Shown here: positions 55,639-64,000 of the stretch, one piece after another | Numbering within the stretch: the stretch's first letter is position 1 | Layout of the letters: each line of letters begins with the position of its first letter | NCBI GenBank assembly: GCA_951406725.2 | Contig: OX597838.1 | Location: 10,726,001 to 10,790,000 of the forward strand | DNA: 64,000 bases | Reading direction: 5' to 3' | Origin: Octopus vulgaris | Taxonomy: Eukaryota | Notes under the pieces: model-generated | Told to the model about the DNA's origin: nothing | Database searches by the model: none | What the model saw: the letters and a program-made list of their open reading frames with translations, nothing else | Program-made: the position numbers and the translations under genes

Positions 55639-55772
55639 CTCAGCATCGACATTAGGTGAGAGCTCCCGAGGGTCATAGTCGTAAAGAGCAACCATAAGTT
55701 TGCCGGGGCCTAGGCCAGAGTTCGTGAGGTCAGCGCTTCTGTATAGTGATTTGGAAAGAAAATTTTCTTTGG
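55639..55772 (-). CDS. RIMBP2: RIM-binding protein exon, N-part of SH3-3
   Basis: atttgcag acceptor, GAG|gtagat donor, phase 1/0; KLMVALYDYDPRELSPNVDAE. Confidence 0.92.
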
Positions 55773-56910
55773 CTGCAAATACATGTAAGAGAAAATTAGT
55801 TTTTGTAAAGTAGTTAAAGAAACAGGAGTATAAGAAAGGATAAAAGAAAGAGTAAGCGAAGTGGAAGGCTGAAAGAATAATACAGACATAAATGACAAGG
55901 GCTGCATACAGCCTTGTCATAAGAAGCTTAACAAATCAAAATGAAACAGGTTCATAACAATACACAGGGTAACAATTTTTGTCCTTGGGTAGAAAGTGCT
56001 ATTTCCTATTTGCTTACCCCTGGAAAGTATGAAAAATGGCTAATATTTCCTTCAAACTTTGCCTTTGTTATGATATTTATTCAAACCCCAAACAATCCCT
56101 TTCAACACATGGCTATGATGCTCCCCCACTACTTCTGCTCATCATCAGAGATGCACATATTGTCAGCCACTAAGGGCGATGCTCAACTGGTTAAGGTCTG
56201 TGCTATTGAACAGAACATTTTCTATAATGATATTTCTGCTTCAGCAATTCAGTGCTGAATCTGTCTGAAATGTAATGGAAAATAGGTCAGCTTCAAAATG
56301 CTGATGTCCAGGTGACAAAAGTTCCAAGTTTGGAGGGAAAAGTAGTTATTTCCTTTGATTGCTAGACAGAAGCAAATAAAAAAAAGAAAAGCACTTTTGA
56401 TTGTAAGGTCAGGAGTTCAGTTCCTGGTAACATGTTGTGTCCTTGAGCAAGATACTTTACTTCATGTTACTCCAGTCCACTCAGCTGGCAAAAATGAGTT
56501 GTACTTGTAATTCAAAGGGTCAGCCTTGTCACACTCTGTGTCACACTGAATCTCCCTGAGAACTACATTGAGAGCATGTGTGTCTGTGGAGTGCTCAGCC
56601 ACTTGCACGTTAATTTCACGAGCAAGACCTCTTCCGTTGGTCAAATCACCTGGAACCCTCGTCATCATGACCGACAGAGTGCCATTATAAATAGAGAGAT
56701 ATGTGGAACCATTAATCCTCACATATTGTTTTCTTGCTCTTTTCATTATTTTTTCCTCTCATCCTTTACTGATGGAGAGCATAGGCTCAAAACATCAAAG
56801 ACTTTTCAATTCTTCCCCAGTGTCAAACTAATACATCTGCTTGTTGTTCCTTCACCTGTCTTTGTTTACTGTACATTTAAACACACACACACACATATAT
56901 TTATTTATCT

Positions 56911-56990
<80 letters not shown>

Positions 56991-57345
56991 TATATATTTA
57001 CTGGCACTTATGCTGGTGGCACATGAAAAAACATTCGAGCGAGATCATTGCCAGTGCCACTGGACTGGTTCCTGTGCAGGTGGCACATAAAAAGCACCAT
57101 TGAGCGTGGCCGTTGCTAGTACCGCCTGACTGGCCCTCATGTCGGTGGCATGTAAAAGCCAACCACTACACTCTCAGAGTGGTTGGCGTTAGGAAGGGCA
57201 TCCAGCTGTAGAAACTTTGCCAGATCAGATTGGAGTCTGGTGCAACCATCTGGTTCGCCAGACCTCAGTCAAATCGTCCAACCCATGCTAGCATGGAAAG
57301 CGGACGTTAAACGATGATGATGAGGATGATGATACATACACTCAC

Positions 57346-57517
57346 CAGGAGTACTACTGCTCTCTCCACTGGACGTGCTGGTATTGTCTTTTAACAGCTG
57401 CTGCACCACATCAGGGTCCCTGACCTTCACCTCAGTAACCATGTTGCCAGGTACGTAACCAAGCTTGCCGTTTGCTTCTCCTCTGTAAAATCCATCGGCA
57501 CCACAATCGCCAAATAT
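57346..57517 (-). CDS. RIMBP2: RIM-binding protein exon, C-half of SH3-2
   Basis: tttctgtag acceptor, G|gtgagt donor, phase 0/1; IFGDCGADGFYRGEANGKLGYVPGNMVTEV. Confidence 0.92.
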
Positions 57518-58277
57518 CTACAGAAAACGAAAAGACAATAAAAAATATAACAAAAAATATTGTAACATAGTTAACCCTTTCGTTACCAACCCGGCTGAAA
57601 CTGGCTCTGGCCCTGTAGTACAAATGTCTTGTTTTCATAAGTTTTGAATTAAAATTTCCCACCAAACCTCAGACACAATTTATGTTCCTAACACTAGCTG
57701 AATGATAACCAAGTTATTTTACTAAATTCTTTGTTATATTTAAAGTAATTGAAAGAAACACAGAACATCTCAAAATAAATACAGTAACAAAAGGGTTAAG
57801 GTTCTGAAGCCACAGAGAATAGCTTTGAAATAAAAACTGTTTCACATTTTGGCACAAACCCAGCAATTTTAGGGTACAGGATAAGTTGATTACTTCGATC
57901 CCAGCCTTCAACTGATACTTATTTTATCGACACAGAGAGGATGCAAGGCAAGGTCGACCTCAGTGGAATTCGAACTCAGAATGTAAAGATGCCCTGCGTT
58001 TTGTCCTACGTGCTAAACACAGGATGAACTTGATGTATGAAAACTTAATGGCAAAGCAGGTTCTAGCATAAATTTAATATTTCTAATTTTTGCATAAGAC
58101 CAGCAATTTTAAGGGAACAGGAACAGGTGATTACATCGAATCAAGTGCTTAACTGGTACTTACTTTGACCCCAAAAGGATGAAAGGCAAAGTCAATCTTA
58201 GTGACATTTGAACTCAGAATGTAAAGAACCATACGCAATGCTAAGAATTTGGTCTGGCATGGTAACAATTCTGCCAG

Positions 58278-58696
58278 AGTCGAACCAATTCTACTATATG
58301 GCTCAGAAACCTGGACGTTATCAATGAAGCTTGAGAGGCGGTTGGATGGAACCTACACTCGCCTCCTTATGAGAGCTCAAAATCTCTCATGGAAGCGCCA
58401 TCCAACCAAAATGCAAATATATGGGAAACTACCACCTGTGTCATCTCTTGTGAAAGGTAGGAGAGTCCAGTTTGCTGGACATTGTTGTAGAGCTGAAACG
58501 AGGTAATTTCTACTCTTCTCCTCTGGAAGCCATCTACTCGCAATACCAGAGGGCGCACACTCTCCTACCCTGATGTAATCTCCAGGGATACAGGCATCCA
58601 GCAACAGGACCTCCGTAATGCCATGATGGACCGTGAAGTCTGGCGTAGCATGGTAAATTCCATTGACTCGACGACGGTCGAACAATGATGATGATG
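58278..58696 (+). mobile_element. 5'-truncated RTE-clade LINE with 14-bp TSD, inserted in an older SINE
   Basis: ILLYGSETWT..RRVQFAGHCCR; (TGA)n tail; TSD AACAATTCTGCCAG at 58264-58277 and 58697-58710. Confidence 0.9.
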
Positions 58697-58990
58697 AACA
58701 ATTCTGCCAGCATGGAAAATGGATGTTGAAAGCAAATGATGATGATGATGATCATCATCATCATCGTTTAACGTCCGTTCTCCATGCTAGCATGGGTTGG
58801 ACGGTTCGACCGGGGATCTGGGAGGCCAGAAGGCTGCCCCAGGCTCCAGTCTTATCTGGCAATGTTTCTACAGCTGGATGCCCTTCCTAACGCCAACCAC
58901 TCCGCGAGTGTAGTGGGTGCTTTTTACATGCCACCTGCACAGGTGCCAGGCGAGGCTGGCAACAATGACGAAGAGGCTAAATGAACTGAC

Positions 58991-59448
58991 CTTGATAAAA
59001 TCTCCCTCTTGGAACGGAAGCTCTGCATCTGATCCGTCTGCGTTAGGTGACATGACAGCGGGGTCATAATCAAACAAGGCTACAAATAACCGCATCGAAC
59101 TGTCAATTCCTCGTCGGACGTTACTGTTGTCTTCATAATATATATCGGAGTCCTGACACGAACTGCTCGGTCTGACCTTAACTGAATTGGGAGAGCCTAA
59201 TATTCGGTCAGGTATGATTTCTGTCCGCCATCGCTGACTCGAATTTGCTGAACATTTTTCTATAGGGTTGTCTTTCTGTTTGGGTATTGAACTGTTGTTG
59301 GGAGATGTAAAAGAGCAGTCGACTTCATCTATTTTTTTACGTGAGAATCCTTTCGTTTTGTCTTCTATGGATTTTCTCTTCTGTAAATTTGGTTCTTCCT
59401 CATCCTCAAACGAATTGCCTCTTTCTGTACTACTGTCTCTTGTTATTT
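58991..59448 (-). CDS. RIMBP2: RIM-binding protein exon, linker plus N-half of SH3-2
   Basis: open 458 nt, phase 1/0, AAG|gtcagt donor; ends RLFVALFDYDPAVMSPNADGSDAELPFQEGDFIK, the RIM-BP-specific SH3 signature. Confidence 0.92.
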
Positions 59449-60445
59449 CTGAAATAATACAATTATTAAGAGAGATGGAAGTGTGTATATTCCAAAAATT
59501 ACAGTGAAATGATCTGCTTGGAGAGTTATCTCCCTTGCTTCTAAAAAATATTTAAAACTATTCTGATGCCAACCGGATTCAGAATATTTCCACCTTTTAG
59601 CATTTAAACTGGCCATATTTGGACTCTCACACCTACCTTACAATGTCATTCTAAAGACTTATATAATAGCATCATAAAAATTTCAAAATTATGAGATAGT
59701 GCATGATAAATTCAAAACAAACTGAATAAATAAGCAAAATCCCTAGAAGAGACAAAAGTAGTAACTATAGCAACATCATCATCGTTTAGCGTCCGCTTTC
59801 CATGCTGGCATGGGTTGGACGGTTCGAGCTGGGGTCTGGAAAGCCAGGGGCTGCACCAGGCTCCAGTTTGATCTGGCAGTGTTTCTACAGCTGGATGCCC
59901 TTCCTAACGCCAACCACTCCGTGAGTGTAGTGGGTGCTTTTTACGTGCCAGACGAGGCTGGCAAACGGCCACGCTCGGATGGTGCTTTTTACGTGCCACT
60001 GGCACATCAAAGTGGCTTTTCCATGTTACTACTAGTTCAATGCCAGGCAGATTTTCTGTTAGCTATAAGTGCAGCCCTGCACCCTGAACATATATATACA
60101 TTGCTAGAAGGGGAGTGAGCCCCTACCAACCTCCAGTAGATGACAGGATTGTAAAACTGACCCAGTTTTGAGTTAGTTTGCTCGTCTTCAGTTACAAACA
60201 CCCGGCCACCAGAAAGATGGTCCGAGTCTGCTCCAGCTAGCAATATATTGTAAAGAAAGTGACCATCGGTCACTGATTCGCAACAAGCAAAGTAGGTAGT
60301 TGTAAAATCTCAAGAAGAGATGAGAGTAGTAACTGTACTAACAAGGTAATCACCACATCACAGTGACTGTTCCATGTTTACTACTAGTTTAATGTGTATA
60401 TATACATGCACACACACATACATCTAAATATATATATATATATAT

Positions 60446-60650
60446 ATCTGTAAATTAATATGTGACAATTATTCAATAGCCAAGATATAAAACTCTGAGT
60501 TTCAGATGCCGAACTGGAAATCCACAACACCATCTCTTTGGTTATCTGGCCAACCAAAGAGATGGTGTTGTGGATTTCCAGTTCGGCATCTGAAACTCAG
60601 AGTTTTATATCTTGGCTATTGGATAATTGTCACATATTAATTTACAGATA
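60446..60650. mobile_element. fold-back element in RIM-BP intron
   Basis: ~98-bp near-perfect arms, 8-nt loop; CCAAAGA-GATG..CATC-T-GAAAC-TCAGA-GTT. Confidence 0.7.
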
Positions 60651-60712
60651 AATTTCCTCTATTTACATAATATTGAGGTCTCTTTCTTTCTTTTGTTATC
60701 TTACCGTTTTTA

Positions 60713-60765
<53 letters not shown>

Positions 60766-60975
60766 ATATGTGTGTAATTTTCTTTTGTATCACAAATATT
60801 TATCTCATAAAAATGGGAAAAAGGGGCCTTGCTGGAACAACTTTTATCATAGGTTTTTTTCTCAGCCAGGGCTGACTTAGAGCTTCAAATTTTCAAAATA
60901 CAAAGCTGTAGAAAGACAACACTTCTAACAGATTTAATGCATATTTCAGGTAAAAAAGGAAAAGATTTTATTTAC

Positions 60976-61078
60976 CTATAGCAGGAATGGTCATACCATG
61001 TTGTGAAGATCTTCTATCACTAGCTTTACTGGATGGTCTTCGAACTGGAGAATGGAATGCAGATCTGTCTGGTGGAAC
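60976..61078 (-). CDS. RIMBP2: RIM-binding protein coding exon (linker before SH3-2; gene starts beyond right edge)
   Basis: tttttcccacag acceptor, ATAG|gtaaat donor, phase 0/1; VPPDRSAFHSP..HGMTIPAI joins in frame to EITRDSS of the next exon. Confidence 0.75.
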
Positions 61079-61599
61079 CTGTGGGAAAAAGAAAATAATA
61101 TATAATTGGAATATAGAGAAGAGTTTGGTACAAAAGCCAAACTTACTAATTTTGGTTTGGTTTTCCATGCTTATAGTCACAATTGTTGAGTCATCTCTGA
61201 AATAGTAAGGTTGCAAATGCAAGTATCTGAAATGTTAGTCTAGTTCCTTCCTGAGTCAAATAGACTCAAAGAGCCGGTTCCCCAGTTTCCGTGTTGTATA
61301 TATTCCCCACCCAGGGCAGAACGCCGGTCCGTCGCAGGATTACTCATTTTTGCCAGCTGAGTGGACTGGAGCAAAGTGAAATGAAGTGTTTTGCTCAAGA
61401 ACACAATGCGTTGCCCAGCTGAGGAATTGAAACCACAATCTTACGCTCATGAATCCAACATCCCTAACCACTAAGCCATGCACCTCCACTAAAGAAAACG
61501 ACATCCGCTGAAGCTACCTTTCATTAGGATTGAGCCGGAAAACTTACTACCAAGCAGGCATACCATCCAGGGCATGCTATGCTTGCCAAGTATCTGAAA

Positions 61600-61960
61600 T
61601 GGGGTTCTGCCAAAGGATTTCTAGAGCAATGTAGCTCAATACAGTTGCTACATTCACACATTGAGTGGTCATGGACCTGGCATGATGGACATGTGATTAG
61701 AATGTCACAGGAAAGAACCACAAAATGGATTCTTCAAGCCAAATCAACTGGCAGGAAACCTAAGGTTAGACCAAGTATGAGGTGATTGAATAATATCCAT
61801 AGTCCCTGATGAGATGATTGAATAATATCCATAGTCATGCTTAAGAATCCAGCCAGAAAATGTAATGACAACTGTTTCTGATAGAACCTTATGGAGTAGG
61901 TACCTGGCGACCTTACACTGACAACGCTTCCGGAAATACTAGGTGGAGAAGATGGATGGA
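61600..61960 (+). mobile_element. old RTE-like LINE 3' fragment
   Basis: W..GHVIRMSQERTTKWILQAK..GRKPKVRP motif, decayed. Confidence 0.55.
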
Positions 61961-61980
61961 TGGGGAGAATATAAATATAC

Positions 61981-62114
61981 ATTTTTATTAATGTTTAACA
62001 GAAGCAACAGAGTGATACAAGGTCTAAGAGTTTCGTGCATTGGCACTAGTGTCAATGCAAGAAATTCTTTGACCTTGAGTTACTCTGTTGCTTCTGCTAA
62101 ACATTAATAAAAAT
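61981..62114. repeat. loop-less palindrome
   Basis: ~67-bp arms centred on CACTAGTG (62047/62048); GTGC-CAAT-GCAC-GAAAC on - strand, AATAAA near arm ends. Confidence 0.75.
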
Positions 62115-62188
62115 TTACAAACACTCACATTTTGAGTTCAATTTTACCTGTTTGCACCAACATACGTATACATATACATACATACATA

Positions 62189-62242
<54 letters not shown>

Positions 62243-62271
62243 CACACACACACATATATATATACACACAC

Positions 62272-63645
62272 ATCATCATCATCATCATCATCATTTAGCG
62301 TCCGTTTTCCATGCTAGCATGGGTTGGACGGTTCTGCTGGGGTCTGTGAAGCCAGAAGGCTTCATCAGGCCCAGTCAAATCTGGCAGTGTTTCTACGGCT
62401 GGATGCCCTTCCTAACGCCAACCACTCCGTGAGTGTAGTGGGTGCTTTTTACGTGCCACCCGCACTGGTGCCAGCCAGAGCTGGCAAACGGCCACGAACG
62501 GATGGTGTTTTTTATGTGCCACCGGCACGAGGGCCAGGCGAGGCTGGCAACGAACACGAAACGGGGCGGTGCTGGCAACGGTCGCGAAACGGAAGGTTCT
62601 CTTACATGCCACCGGCACTGGTAACACATCTGCAATTTCCATTGATCGATTTCCATTGATCGATTTCGATTCTGATCCTCACTTGCCTCAATGGGTCTTC
62701 ACAAGCAGAGTTTCGACATGCCACCGGCACTGGTAGCACATCCGCAATTTCCATTGATCGATTTCGATTCTGATCCTCACTTGCCTCAACACGTCTTCAC
62801 AAGTAGAGTTTTGTGTCCCAAGAAGGGAAGGTATGCATACGTAGGCTGGCTCCATCCCATGTAGAAGGCCACGGGTTGTGGACTCACTTGTCCTGCCGGG
62901 TCTTCTCGCGTACAGCACACTTCCAGAGGTCTCGGTCTCTAGTCATTTCCTCGGTGAGACCTAAAGTTCGAAGGTCGTGCTTCACCACCTCGTCCCAGGT
63001 TTTCCTGGGTCTGCCTCTTCCACAGGTTCCCTCAACCGCTAGGGTGTGGCACTTTTTCACACAACTATCTTCATCCATTCTCGCCACATGACCATACCAG
63101 CGCAAACGTCTCTCTTGCACACCACAACTGATGCTTCTTAGGTCCAGCTTTTCTCTCAAGGTACTTACACTCTGCCGAGTGTGAGTACTGGCATTACACA
63201 TCCATCGGAGCATACTGGCTTCATTTCTAGCGAGCTTACGCATATCCTCAGCAGTCACGGCCCATGTTTCACTGCCATGTAGCATGGCTGTTCGTACACA
63301 CGCATCATACAGTCTGCCTTTCACTCTGTGCGAGAGGCCTTTGTCACCAGCAGAGGCAAGAGCTCTCTGAACTTTGCCCAAGCTATTCTTACTCTAGCAG
63401 TTACACTTTCAGCACACCCGCCCCCGCTGCTGACTTGGTCACCTAGGTAACGGAAACTATCAACTATTTCTAGTTTTTCTCCCTGGAAAGTGACAGAAGT
63501 TGGTCTCAGAGCATTTTCAGTGTTTATTGTTCCTGAGCATCTGCCACATACAAAAACCATCTTCCTAGTTAGCCTTCCTTTGACATTGCTGCATCTCTTA
63601 TGTGTCCATAGCTTACACTTGGTGCATCTTATAGAGTTTGGTGCA
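62272..63645 (-). mobile_element. 5'-truncated RTE-clade LINE (PHD-like finger + ORF2 C-terminus + 3'UTR + (GAT)n tail)
   Basis: YLGD, RLYDACVRTAMLHGSETW, RRLRWYGHVARM, GRGRPRKTW motifs; frameshift near 63340; 3'UTR-only copies at 19851-19948, 26490-26870, 43980-44105, 50090-50415, 57000-57330, 58750-58965, 59775-60005. Confidence 0.9.
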
Positions 63646-63650
63646 TACGC

Positions 63651-63685
<35 letters not shown>

Positions 63686-64000
63686 TGCATATATAATCAT
63701 TTTTATATTTTAAGTCTAATAATTTTTTTTTGTATTATAGTGCTCACTTGCTTAGTAAAATATTGCTTTCATTATTTTATCACAGTCATAATCTCTCCTT
63801 TTTAAACAAACATCAAGGTAGTCCAACTACGTTTAATGTGCCAAAACATAGCAGTGATCACATAGAGATATTTTAATACCTACAGCATATCAAATAGCCA
63901 TAGCAACAAATTCACTTGCTAATTCTTAGATAACGATGGAAGGGAAATAAGTTACATGAGTCTGAGGCTTCAGTAAGTTTTAATAAGTTGTCCAATATAA

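Overview
AT-rich, microsatellite- and retroposon-laden eukaryotic genomic DNA; the repeat content is typical of an octopus (coleoid cephalopod), which is an inference from the repeat families. Two spliced genes converge. (1) On + are the last six coding exons of an EFCAB5-like gene (663-11212, 375 codons, all GT-AG junctions in phase). (2) On - are the last six coding exons of a RIM-binding protein (RIMBP2/RIM-BP-like) gene, encoding its second and third SH3 domains and C-terminus (61078-43718, 433 codons in phase). The rest is introns and intergenic DNA filled with tRNA-derived SINEs, RTE and CR1 LINE fragments, mariner and Helitron relics, TTAA (piggyBac-type), hAT-type and Ginger-type MITEs and (TA)n-type microsatellites. 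Most notable: (a) at least eight mostly unrelated fold-back elements, most carrying a hammerhead-ribozyme-like core, probably Penelope-like pLTR remnants; (b) hidden candidate alternative exons in the last RIM-BP intron, including a 23-nt microexon with a UGC motif and a ~215-nt AG-free zone, which could diversify the C-terminus; (c) a 20-bp minisatellite of CpG-decayed CRE palindromes; (d) SINE multimers with one recurrent junction. Nearly all ORFs in the supplied track are microsatellite or repeat artefacts. Homology calls are from recalled family motifs, not from a database search.
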